From a virus: a DNA stretch of 64,000 bases. The translations under genes and the position numbers were made by a program. The stretch lies in the IMG/VR virus record IMGVR_UViG_3300020456_000005. One strand, 5' to 3'. Below the pieces are notes generated by a model, which was not told the origin of the DNA, did not search any database, and saw only the letters and a list, made by a program, of their open reading frames with translations. Every line of letters starts with the position of its first letter. Within the stretch, counting starts at the first letter, position 1. Of this stretch, positions 1-9,677 are shown piece after piece.

Positions 1-1
1 C

Positions 2-271
2 ACGTATCTTGAGGATAGAGATGGCAAAATCGTCCTATATAGACTAGATTCCTTGACTGGAGAAAAAATTCTCCTTAATGATTCTATTGGTGATATTGAT
101 TATATGCACGGCGAGGTTAAATTATATAATTTCACTATCTTAAAAGGATCGTTCTCAGACAACCGAGTTGAATTGAGAGTTAAACCTGCTAATAAGGATA
201 TTGAAGTAAAACGTGAGGTATATCTAGATGTTGATATATCAAAAAGTACATTTGTAGCATACAAAGAGTAG
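2..271 (+). CDS. gp6: Baseplate wedge subunit gp6, C-terminal fragment (5'-truncated by the window)
   Basis: The frame is open from the window start (TYLEDRDGKIVLYR...IGDIDYMHGEVKL...). It carries the gp6 C-terminal G-x-I-D-Y-x-x-G motif and lies directly upstream of gp7-gp8. Confidence 0.85.
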   Translation, partial: TYLEDRDGKIVLYRLDSLTGEKILLNDSIGDIDYMHGEVKLYNFTILKGSFSDNRVELRVKPANKDIEVKREVYLDVDISKSTFVAYKE

Positions 272-274
272 TAG

Positions 275-3200
275 ATGCTTAAGACTGCTAATAAAATCTC
301 ATTTCTAGTTGAGTCTCAGTTACCAGACTTCATTAATGAAGAGTACGAACTTTTTAGTAAGTTTGTAAGGAAGTACTATGAGCAATTAGAGTTACAGGGT
401 CAACCTGTTGATATTATCACGAATCTTGAAACATATCGTGATATAGATTTTTATGAGAAAAATGTATTAAAGCAGTCAACTACTATTACTGGCAACCTAT
501 CCAGTAATGCAGATGTTATTAACGTAGTAGACGCTGCATCATTTCCAAAAAGTGGATATATCAAAATTGATGATGAAATTTGTTTCTATGGTAATAGAAC
601 AGAGACTTCATTCTTAGAAGTAAGTCGTGGTGTTAGTGGAAACACAACATTAGGAGATCTTTACAAATCTAGTACATTTGTAACTACTCAGTCATCTACT
701 CATGTTAATGGGTCAACTGTACAGAATATCAGTAATTTGTTTCTGTATGCATTAGTCAAAAGTTTTGAAGATCAATACCTTGCAGATTTTCCAGAAGCGT
801 ATTTAAAAGAAGGTGTAGACAAGAGAACTCTTATTAAGAATATCTCTTCTTTTTACAGATCAAAGGGAACTGACAATTCAATCAAATTTCTATTCAAATG
901 TTTGGTTGAAGAGGATCCAAATCCAGAAATTGCATATCCAAGAGATTTTACATTAAAATCATCTGAATCTAATTGGATTCAATCATATGCACTAAGAGTA
1001 AAGATTATTAGTGGCGAACCAAATAATTTAATTGGTAAAAGAATTGTTCAAAACGTAGAAGGTAACTATGCTTCTGCTGTTGTAGATAACGTTAAGTATA
1101 GCGGTACATACGATGGAGAGGCATTGTATGACATTATCTTAAATGAGCAAAGTGTTAATGGAACATTTGAGAAATCGTTAAAAACTGTATTGACTAGTCC
1201 AATTGTTGGATCTTTGACAGTTGGTGATAGAGTAAATGTATTCTCTACTATGGGGTGGGGAAAGAAAGGATCATTCTCTATAGGATTAGAGACATTTACG
1301 TTTGAAGAGAAAAATGTAAATCAATTTATAATTAAGACAAGATCTGGTACGGGATCTCATCAATCAGGAGAATCTGTTACTTATAACCTAGAAGTAACTT
1401 CTGATGATGTCAAATTACAAGTATTTGGAATTTTATATGGATTACAGAATGTTATTGAATCTCCATATTCAAATGTTGGTGAAAGTGTAGAAATTTCTGA
1501 ATCTGGATTCCTAACAGATGATATCAGAATTAACGACACTCAAAATAATCTAAGATGGGTTGATAGCACTGGCGTTGCAGCAATTGCAGACCTTAATCCT
1601 AATGTTTCTGCCATCTTTGAAGATGGTGAAGGATATTACATTGCTTCATCAGGATTTCCATCACATGCTATTGGAACTCTTCCATCTGATGCTCAAGATC
1701 AGAAACTATTAAAGATTATTAGAAAGCATCCTATACAGACTACAGAAGTCTATAAGACATTATATCGTGATATTGGTGTTGCTGTCAATGGTATTCCATT
1801 CTTAAGTTATAAAGACGAAGAAGTAGTTAATAGTGGTGCATTACAATCTGTAGCGATTACATCTAGAGGTGCTGGTTATAATAAACCTCCATTTGTGTTA
1901 ATTGATGGTGTTTCAGATTTAGCAAGAACTAAACTAGCAGGTCAAGTAGTTGAATCAGTTGTTATTGATACTCCTGGTAATTACACTGCAGTTCCTACTA
2001 TAGAAATATTGTCTGGTAGGAATGCTCAGGCAAGAGCAGTTGTTACTAATGGTGAAATTACTAGTATTGTAGTTGAGAATGAAGGTGAGTACTATTCCTC
2101 AGCACCAGAAGTAAGAATTACTGATTCTGCAGGTAGAGGTAGATTTGCAACATATCGTGCAGTTGTTACTACTGCAGGAACTATTGACAGATTTGAAAAA
2201 ATCAATGGTGGTAGTCTATATTCTCAAGAAAATGTACAGGTAGACATTATTGCGGTAGGATCTGGTGCTACTGGAACCGCATCTATTAGACAATGGAGAA
2301 AAGATAAGTTTTATAAGAATGAATCTTCTCTTGATTCTGAAAATGGTTATTTCTTCCCAAATTACGTAACTAACCGTGGTTCTGGGTATGCATACTATGC
2401 TGCACCATCAACTATTAGATCTGGTGATACTGGAGTAAATCATTCTCCTATTATTGGTTTTGCATATGATGGTAATCCAATCTATGGTCCTTTTGGACAT
2501 CAAAACCCACTAGATTCTCAAAGTCTCATTGTGAGAATGACTAGTAGTTATAGTAAAAACAATGTAAGATCTGGTGGTCCATTAGTTAGTCAATACCCTA
2601 TCGGAACATTTATTGATGACTATACTTTTGTTGCTGAGTATGGAAGTCTGGATCAAAACAATGGACGCTATTGCGTAACACCAGATTATCCAGAAGGAAC
2701 TTATGCATATTTTGTAACTTTAGATAATCAGAATGATCCTGTATTCCCATATATTTTAGGTGATAACTATTATTCTCTACCAGTTGATTCTAATTACAAT
2801 TCAGAACTTTCTCAGGATGATATTCCTAAAACTGCAAGAAGACTTAGAACATCTGGTATTACTAGAAATGGTCAGTCTGCATTAGCAAAAATTGCAGATG
2901 TAAAACGAGGTAGTATTAGTTCTGTTTCTATTACTGGTAGCACTAGTAATTTCTCTGTTGGATCTGAGTTAATTATTGATGATTCGGATACTGATGGTTT
3001 TGGAGCAAGTGCAGAAGTCTCTTCAGTAAAGGGAAGACAAGTATCTAGTATTGAATCGCAAGATATTAAATCTCTGTTTATTGAGTTAAAAACAACTGCT
3101 TATTTGTTTGATGGTGATATAATCACTCAATCTAACACTGGAGCTACTGGTCAGATTGTAGGAGATGTATTTTCATCTACCAAATTTGCTTTACGTAATG

Positions 3201-6200
3201 TAATTGGTTCTTTTAATAGTACAGATGTACTATCTTCTAGTACAAAGGTTATTAGTCTATTCCTGAATCAAAACTCTTCATATACTAAAGGGGCTACATT
3301 AGAATTTACAGATGGTCTTGGTGCTCCAGTAGCATCTGGCGAAGTACTAGAAACCACAACAAAACAGAACACTGTAAAGATCAAAGTACTTAATGGTTCT
3401 TTTGTTCCATCAGATACATTCTTCTTGAGAAGTTCTGATTTAATCAATACTACTGGATCTAAAATATTAACAACTATAGAACTGAGTGAAGGACTAGTTA
3501 TTTTTGATTTAAAAGATAATGTTGCTATTTTAAAGACAGCAGATGCTCATGGCGTTGCTGAGACTGATATTATTACTATTGATATTAATCCAGATGATGC
3601 AACAACTACTACAACATATTATGTAAGATCCCGAGTATACCAAGAAGCAGTCCTGAAAACGCCTGGTATCACTAGAGTTTTGACGGACGATGGAATTGGA
3701 AAAGTTAGTATATTAAATGGTGGCGAAGATTATACTGCTAACACATATAATGATATTGCGTTATCTGGAGGTTCTGGATCTGGAGCAAAAGCAAATGTTG
3801 TTGTCTCAGCAGAAGGTAGCGTAACATCTATTACATTAACTGATAAAGGTACTGGATATCAATTATTTGATATTTTAACTATCGGTGATACAGCTCTTAG
3901 TAAGACAGATACTACTACACCTACCGTACAGATCAATATTGATCATATTGGTCTTGCTTTATCTGAGACAGTTGTAAATCTTGACAGTAATGTAGGTATT
4001 AATCCTGGTGATAAATTACGTATTGGAAATGAAATTATTACTGTTCTTTCTAGAGTAGTTAATTCAACTACATCAATTAATGTATCTAGAGGAACTGTTC
4101 CATTAAATCATTTTAATGGTGCTTCGGTATCATCTTACAATGCTGGTTATGTTATTTCTGTGGGTACTACAGTAGGAGATGCTAATATCCTTTCTTATAA
4201 TCCTAATACACAAAAAATTGTATTTACATATGATTATGGACAAACAACTAGTACAATTAATCCAATTGATTTAAGTACAGTATTTTTTGATCAAGAACAG
4301 AGACTTGCAGAGGTTGTTTCTGTAGAAGACCCTATTCGCTGTTTTGAATTTTCTTTAGATAATAACTCTTTTACAAGAAATCAATTAATTGATATTAAAG
4401 AAGGATATCGCTACATCTTTGATAGTTCCCATTCATCAATGAGTGATGTTGAGTTTGCTCTTTCACCTAGTAAGAATTTAAATCTAAAAACATTAGAGGC
4501 AATTAGAGGAAATGATACCCTTGATGTTAAATTTGGATTTGGACCAAGAATTGCTACTAACAATTATAACACAAAAGTAGAATCTCCATTTAAAAAGTAT
4601 TTTTACTTTGATAGGTTAAACAATGTTAATTCTGAAGAGGCATTTATCAATGTAATTAATGATCCTTTACAGGGAGATAAGACTGCACTTTATATTACAA
4701 GTGACAGTATTGTTTATGAAACTGGTATACCTGCTACCAATGATGGAAGTGGCACAATCAATTATATTTCACGATCATTATTCTCAGTTGGAGAAATTAA
4801 TGACATTAGGGTAATCAATATTGGTAATGATTATAAGAAAGTTCCTTCTGTATTAGGAATCATACCAACAAATAAAGCTACAGCAACATCCACTATTTCT
4901 AATGGTGAAGTTGTTGGAGTATCTGTAAAAACTAATGGAAGTGGATATTCCAAACCTATTGTTTATGTTGATGGAGATGCGAAATTAAAGGCGATTATAG
5001 ATCAAGGTAAAATCACAGGTATTCAAATTATCAGTTCTGGTTCTGGATATACTACTGCTCCTGAAGTTAAGATTGCAGAATCTGATGTTCAGTGTCTTAT
5101 TAATAGTGATGGCATTGGAGTTCCTAGAAATGTTAATGTCTTTAATCCAGGCGGATCTTTCCATGGAGATGATACTTTATCATCTACATTTAGATCTAAC
5201 TATATTCTATCACTATCTAATTTTGATCCCGATTCTTTTGCGATTGGAGAGACTATCGTTCAAAGGATTAATGGTGTAGAAGTAGCAAGAGCTAGAATAA
5301 CATTTTTTAGATCTGGTAGATTAAGTGTTGATAGAGTATCTGGAGTTTTTAGGAAGAATAAAGAAATTCAAGGTCTTGCTAGAAATAAAACTGCAATTTT
5401 AAAAAATATTAGTTATACTGAGTTTTCTCCTCAAATTACTACTTACTACGATAATCAAGGATATTTCCAATCTGACAGTGGAAAAGTTAGTGATCAAAAC
5501 CAAAGACTCACAGATTCATTCTATTATCAAGATTATTCATATCTGGTTAAATCAAAGACTTCTATTGATACTTGGAGATCATTAATCAAGTCAACAACAC
5601 ATCCTGCTGGATTTAAAGTTTTTGGTGAGGTATTACTTGAAACTTCATCAAATGCTGCGATGAATAGTAATAGTACATTTACTTCTACAAGTATTGTACA
5701 AGTTTGGAATCCAGATGTAAATAAAGTCTCTGTAATCAGCACTAAGAAAAATATTACTCAAAGTATTGTTCTCATGGATACTTTGAAAGTTGAAAGAGGC
5801 GTTGGTTCTGTATCCAAAGAAACATTTAATACTTCTGAAATTATTTCTGGTGAAGTTTATCTCACAGAATCTTTTGATGGTAATTTTGGAGATAAAGGAA
5901 ATCTACAAGGAAAAACGGTTTTCAATATTGTTGATGTAAATGGTAATAGCATCATACCTTATAATGAGCAGGCATTAACAATTACTCTTGATGGTATATT
6001 ACAAGAACCTGGTATTGCATACACCGTAAATAACGATAAGATTACTTTTGCTGACCCACCTATCGGACCAACTACTAAAGATGGTCAATCTGTTCCTGGT
6101 GTTTTATTCTATGGAAGAAGATTCCAATTTAAGTCAGACACTCTAAATCAGAAATATCTTAAAAAGATTAAAAATATTTTCCAGCGTTCTGGTACATGGA

Positions 6201-9200
6201 TAGACGCTGCAAATCAAATTAATCAAAATAGAAGGTTTATACAATCTGAAACTCTAGGTTATATTAAATCAAGATATACATCAATTCCATGGACTAATTT
6301 AAGTGAAAAGTGTTATCGTGACATTGGTCTCATATTAGACGCATTAGAACATGACTTAAGATTTGGTGGCAATCAGAAAACTTTATTTGCCGTTGAAAAA
6401 TATTTCAATGCTGGAGTTCTTGATTATATTTCTGGAGAACTAGAGGCAACTATTGATGCATTTGATTATGCAGTACGTTTATGTAAACTAGCAGCTAGAA
6501 ATTGGGATTACTCAGATCGTCAAGTATCTTGGACTCCAGGTACTAATAAAGTTACGTTATCTAATACTGACAATGTGGCAATTGGTATGAAGGTAAGTGC
6601 TGGAAGAGCATTCCCTGCAGGAACTATCATTACTGACATCATTGATAAGAGAACTATTCAGGTAAGTAATGAATCTGTAGACATAACACCAGATCCATCT
6701 GGTAATGCAGATATGTCGTTTATTTGGAGTGGATTAAATGTTGGTACTTACTTTGATGCATCAACATTAATTCATAAAAATAAATCAAGTATGATTACAT
6801 CTACAATTGATGCAATCAATACAAAGTATCTTGCTCTTGCTGCTACTAACTATGATACAAAGTGTGCTAGAGATCTTGGGTTATTAGTTGATGCTGTAGT
6901 TTATAGTTTGAAGTACGGCGGCAATAGAAAAATTGTAGAATTTGCTGAAAGTTATTTTATTGATGGAGATCTTAATTTCATTAAGAATGAACTTAATGAA
7001 ACAGTCTATGCACATAAGGTATTGCGTGACCTAATGATTGCTGCAATGAGAAATCAGGGTGATGTAACAGATGATAGTATTCGTATTGATTCATCATCAC
7101 CAGCATGTGCTGAGGTTGCTAGTTCCATTACAACTTATATTGATATTATTGAATCTATTTTAGAAGGTGGTCCTGATAGAGTAGATACTGTTGAACAAAA
7201 TGCAAACTCTACAGGATATTGGACTACGTTTATTTCGTATTCAAATTATAATATTCTTCCAGATCCTTTACTACTAACTGAATTAAAAGAATGTGAAGAA
7301 GTAGCTTCTGCATTAGATTCACTATTTGAAAATGTAAGGCAAACATTAACTACTGGTCCAGAAACTGCGTCTCTATCATATCCAGACTATATTAATGGAG
7401 AAAATACAATATTTGAATTGTATTATGAAGATGGTACACCTGTTGACACTGAAGCAAACGAAAATCTGTTTATTGCACTAAGTGGTGTATTGCAACATGA
7501 TCCTGCGTACACTATTGATAGAACATCTGTACCAAACAAGGTTGTGTTTGATACTCCTCCTATTTGGGGACAAGGAGAGAATACGAAAACTGTTCAGGAA
7601 CCTCTAGCAGTTGAAAAATTCTTTGCACATGGAGTAGGTAACTATCTCAGATGTGAAATTGAAAAGTCTGGTATATTAGATGGTTCTGGGGGACCATTCC
7701 TAATTTTAAATTCTAGTAATAAAAAAGTTCAAACTGTTGATGATCCTAGGTTTGCTTTTGTATTCATAGATGGTATTCTTCAGCGTGATGGTGTTTCTTA
7801 TACAATCACAGGACCTGCAATTAGATTTACTAGAAAAATCTTTAGAGAAAACAATATTGAAATTATACTATTATATGGTAGAGATATTGACCAGACTGTA
7901 ACTCTATTTGATTTCCAGAGAAATACTTATTATAATGAAATTAAATTAACTTGTGATGCAGGATCACCAAATAATTTTATTGATTGGGTTTCTTGGTTCA
8001 ATACTTCATATGATAAATTCCAAGTTGCTTATCAAAAGGTTGGAAATGTTAAGAAGTTTATTGGTAATCTAAAATCCTATACTACAACTGATCAAACCTT
8101 AGTTATTACATTAGCTGGAAATAATCCTGATGTAGATGCTAGTAATATTTTCTTTGCAGGAGATTCTAATTTTTCGGATGAGTATGAGTTATCTGGAACT
8201 ACGAATACTGTAGAAGTTGTTAGAGATTCTGATAACGACTATAGAATGCAAAGAAACTCTGGTAATTGGTTATATGGAACTCCACGTGCAGATGAGTCTT
8301 TCTATGAAAGAAAACGTCTCCTTGCTAATTTAAATGCAAAAGATGTTATTAGAATTGATGGTGAGAAAGAGTTTAGAACTATTAACGAGTTACCAAGATA
8401 CACAAATCCTAAAAATTATAATGCTGGAGAGGATGTATCAAATACTTTCTTTGGTTCTGTAACTACCACTAATTACAATGGTGATGTAAGTGGTGTAGGT
8501 CTTAGTGTTACCTGTGAAATTGAAAATGGTAGCGTTTCTGCATTATTGTGGAATAAAAAGGATTTACAACTGTTATATGATGAAGGAATTATACAACCAA
8601 CTACGGCATATGGTTATGACTCTCCTCCTATTTTACATTTCATTCCTGTAAATCAAGAGGGTGGAGGAGCAAGAGCGGAAGTAGTTGTATCTAATGGTCA
8701 AATTATTGATATTGTACTAACTAAAAAAGGATCTGGATATACTGAACCACCAAGAGTAGTTACTGCAAGGTCTTACGATATAATTAAAGGTACTGGTAGA
8801 AAAATTGATACATTCCATACTCTTGGAATTGGAACTCAAATTGGTCAGAGTTCTCCTGTTGCTGTAGCAACATTTATTGATAAACTCAAAGGAGTTGATT
8901 TACCAGTTGTTACTATTGATCCTTCCGTAACAATTCCATCTGGATATGATGTAACGCTAATAATTCAAAAGAGTATTGATACTGCTCCTCTGTTCAATGT
9001 CTCTCGTGAATATAGATTCTTCAATCCATTTGCAGGATCTTCTTCTATTGCGGGACCTACCACACAGGTAGATGCGGACATTATGCTTATTATTGAACCT
9101 AAATTAGTATCAGATACTATTGTAGTTTCACTTGAAATTGATATAACTGAGTATCTTGAGGTTGGATTCTCTATGTGGTCTCCAGATCTTGAGAACTTAA

Positions 9201-9628
9201 CGTTCTTCAATAATATTAATCATTGGGAGAATAGTATATACATGGATCTTGGAGATATTGTTGCTCCAAGTGGTGATCCAGTGTCGGAAGTTCAACTTGC
9301 TGAACTAGAACCATACGAAATTACTTCTGACGGTTCTTCTTCTTCCGCGTATCCATTTAACCTAGGATACTCCTCAATTAACTATTATATGTCTCAACTA
9401 GATACTTCAGATCTACCTAATATAGGCAATCCTTCGTATCTTGCTACTGGTGAGGTAGTCTATGCAAATACAGCAAGATTCCCGTCATCAGGAACCATTT
9501 TGATTGGTGGTGAAAAGATTTCCTACACCTCTAAGATGGCGGATCGTTTTCTTAATTGCACAAGAGGCGCGGACGGGTCACCCGTTTCATCGCATACAGT
9601 AGGAGACTACTTAAGAAACGCCCTATAA
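275..9628 (+). CDS. gp7: Baseplate wedge initiator gp7, enlarged cyanophage form (3117 aa)
   Basis: N-terminal ISFLVESQLPDFI..Y..F..F...YYE and FYRSKGT..SIKFLF motifs, an internal QDYSYLVKS...THPAGFKVFGE motif, and position between gp6 and gp8. It also holds a YHYH-like region, GxGY..P repeats and helical C-x-R-D modules. Confidence 0.85.
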   Translation: MLKTANKISFLVESQLPDFINEEYELFSKFVRKYYEQLELQGQPVDIITNLETYRDIDFYEKNVLKQSTTITGNLSSNADVINVVDAASFPKSGYIKIDDEICFYGNRTETSFLEVSRGVSGNTTLGDLYKSSTFVTTQSSTHVNGSTVQNISNLFLYALVKSFEDQYLADFPEAYLKEGVDKRTLIKNISSFYRSKGTDNSIKFLFKCLVEEDPNPEIAYPRDFTLKSSESNWIQSYALRVKIISGEPNNLIGKRIVQNVEGNYASAVVDNVKYSGTYDGEALYDIILNEQSVNGTFEKSLKTVLTSPIVGSLTVGDRVNVFSTMGWGKKGSFSIGLETFTFEEKNVNQFIIKTRSGTGSHQSGESVTYNLEVTSDDVKLQVFGILYGLQNVIESPYSNVGESVEISESGFLTDDIRINDTQNNLRWVDSTGVAAIADLNPNVSAIFEDGEGYYIASSGFPSHAIGTLPSDAQDQKLLKIIRKHPIQTTEVYKTLYRDIGVAVNGIPFLSYKDEEVVNSGALQSVAITSRGAGYNKPPFVLIDGVSDLARTKLAGQVVESVVIDTPGNYTAVPTIEILSGRNAQARAVVTNGEITSIVVENEGEYYSSAPEVRITDSAGRGRFATYRAVVTTAGTIDRFEKINGGSLYSQENVQVDIIAVGSGATGTASIRQWRKDKFYKNESSLDSENGYFFPNYVTNRGSGYAYYAAPSTIRSGDTGVNHSPIIGFAYDGNPIYGPFGHQNPLDSQSLIVRMTSSYSKNNVRSGGPLVSQYPIGTFIDDYTFVAEYGSLDQNNGRYCVTPDYPEGTYAYFVTLDNQNDPVFPYILGDNYYSLPVDSNYNSELSQDDIPKTARRLRTSGITRNGQSALAKIADVKRGSISSVSITGSTSNFSVGSELIIDDSDTDGFGASAEVSSVKGRQVSSIESQDIKSLFIELKTTAYLFDGDIITQSNTGATGQIVGDVFSSTKFALRNVIGSFNSTDVLSSSTKVISLFLNQNSSYTKGATLEFTDGLGAPVASGEVLETTTKQNTVKIKVLNGSFVPSDTFFLRSSDLINTTGSKILTTIELSEGLVIFDLKDNVAILKTADAHGVAETDIITIDINPDDATTTTTYYVRSRVYQEAVLKTPGITRVLTDDGIGKVSILNGGEDYTANTYNDIALSGGSGSGAKANVVVSAEGSVTSITLTDKGTGYQLFDILTIGDTALSKTDTTTPTVQINIDHIGLALSETVVNLDSNVGINPGDKLRIGNEIITVLSRVVNSTTSINVSRGTVPLNHFNGASVSSYNAGYVISVGTTVGDANILSYNPNTQKIVFTYDYGQTTSTINPIDLSTVFFDQEQRLAEVVSVEDPIRCFEFSLDNNSFTRNQLIDIKEGYRYIFDSSHSSMSDVEFALSPSKNLNLKTLEAIRGNDTLDVKFGFGPRIATNNYNTKVESPFKKYFYFDRLNNVNSEEAFINVINDPLQGDKTALYITSDSIVYETGIPATNDGSGTINYISRSLFSVGEINDIRVINIGNDYKKVPSVLGIIPTNKATATSTISNGEVVGVSVKTNGSGYSKPIVYVDGDAKLKAIIDQGKITGIQIISSGSGYTTAPEVKIAESDVQCLINSDGIGVPRNVNVFNPGGSFHGDDTLSSTFRSNYILSLSNFDPDSFAIGETIVQRINGVEVARARITFFRSGRLSVDRVSGVFRKNKEIQGLARNKTAILKNISYTEFSPQITTYYDNQGYFQSDSGKVSDQNQRLTDSFYYQDYSYLVKSKTSIDTWRSLIKSTTHPAGFKVFGEVLLETSSNAAMNSNSTFTSTSIVQVWNPDVNKVSVISTKKNITQSIVLMDTLKVERGVGSVSKETFNTSEIISGEVYLTESFDGNFGDKGNLQGKTVFNIVDVNGNSIIPYNEQALTITLDGILQEPGIAYTVNNDKITFADPPIGPTTKDGQSVPGVLFYGRRFQFKSDTLNQKYLKKIKNIFQRSGTWIDAANQINQNRRFIQSETLGYIKSRYTSIPWTNLSEKCYRDIGLILDALEHDLRFGGNQKTLFAVEKYFNAGVLDYISGELEATIDAFDYAVRLCKLAARNWDYSDRQVSWTPGTNKVTLSNTDNVAIGMKVSAGRAFPAGTIITDIIDKRTIQVSNESVDITPDPSGNADMSFIWSGLNVGTYFDASTLIHKNKSSMITSTIDAINTKYLALAATNYDTKCARDLGLLVDAVVYSLKYGGNRKIVEFAESYFIDGDLNFIKNELNETVYAHKVLRDLMIAAMRNQGDVTDDSIRIDSSSPACAEVASSITTYIDIIESILEGGPDRVDTVEQNANSTGYWTTFISYSNYNILPDPLLLTELKECEEVASALDSLFENVRQTLTTGPETASLSYPDYINGENTIFELYYEDGTPVDTEANENLFIALSGVLQHDPAYTIDRTSVPNKVVFDTPPIWGQGENTKTVQEPLAVEKFFAHGVGNYLRCEIEKSGILDGSGGPFLILNSSNKKVQTVDDPRFAFVFIDGILQRDGVSYTITGPAIRFTRKIFRENNIEIILLYGRDIDQTVTLFDFQRNTYYNEIKLTCDAGSPNNFIDWVSWFNTSYDKFQVAYQKVGNVKKFIGNLKSYTTTDQTLVITLAGNNPDVDASNIFFAGDSNFSDEYELSGTTNTVEVVRDSDNDYRMQRNSGNWLYGTPRADESFYERKRLLANLNAKDVIRIDGEKEFRTINELPRYTNPKNYNAGEDVSNTFFGSVTTTNYNGDVSGVGLSVTCEIENGSVSALLWNKKDLQLLYDEGIIQPTTAYGYDSPPILHFIPVNQEGGGARAEVVVSNGQIIDIVLTKKGSGYTEPPRVVTARSYDIIKGTGRKIDTFHTLGIGTQIGQSSPVAVATFIDKLKGVDLPVVTIDPSVTIPSGYDVTLIIQKSIDTAPLFNVSREYRFFNPFAGSSSIAGPTTQVDADIMLIIEPKLVSDTIVVSLEIDITEYLEVGFSMWSPDLENLTFFNNINHWENSIYMDLGDIVAPSGDPVSEVQLAELEPYEITSDGSSSSAYPFNLGYSSINYYMSQLDTSDLPNIGNPSYLATGEVVYANTARFPSSGTILIGGEKISYTSKMADRFLNCTRGADGSPVSSHTVGDYLRNAL

Positions 9629-9641
9629 ATAAATATAAATA
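9624..9641 (+). promoter_or_regulatory. Tandem T4-type late promoters upstream of gp8
   Basis: TATAAATA at 9624-9631 (overlapping the gp7 stop) and at 9634-9641. Confidence 0.8.
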
Positions 9642-9677
9642 ACTCGGATTCAGTCTTACTATACAGGCACTAGTGCT

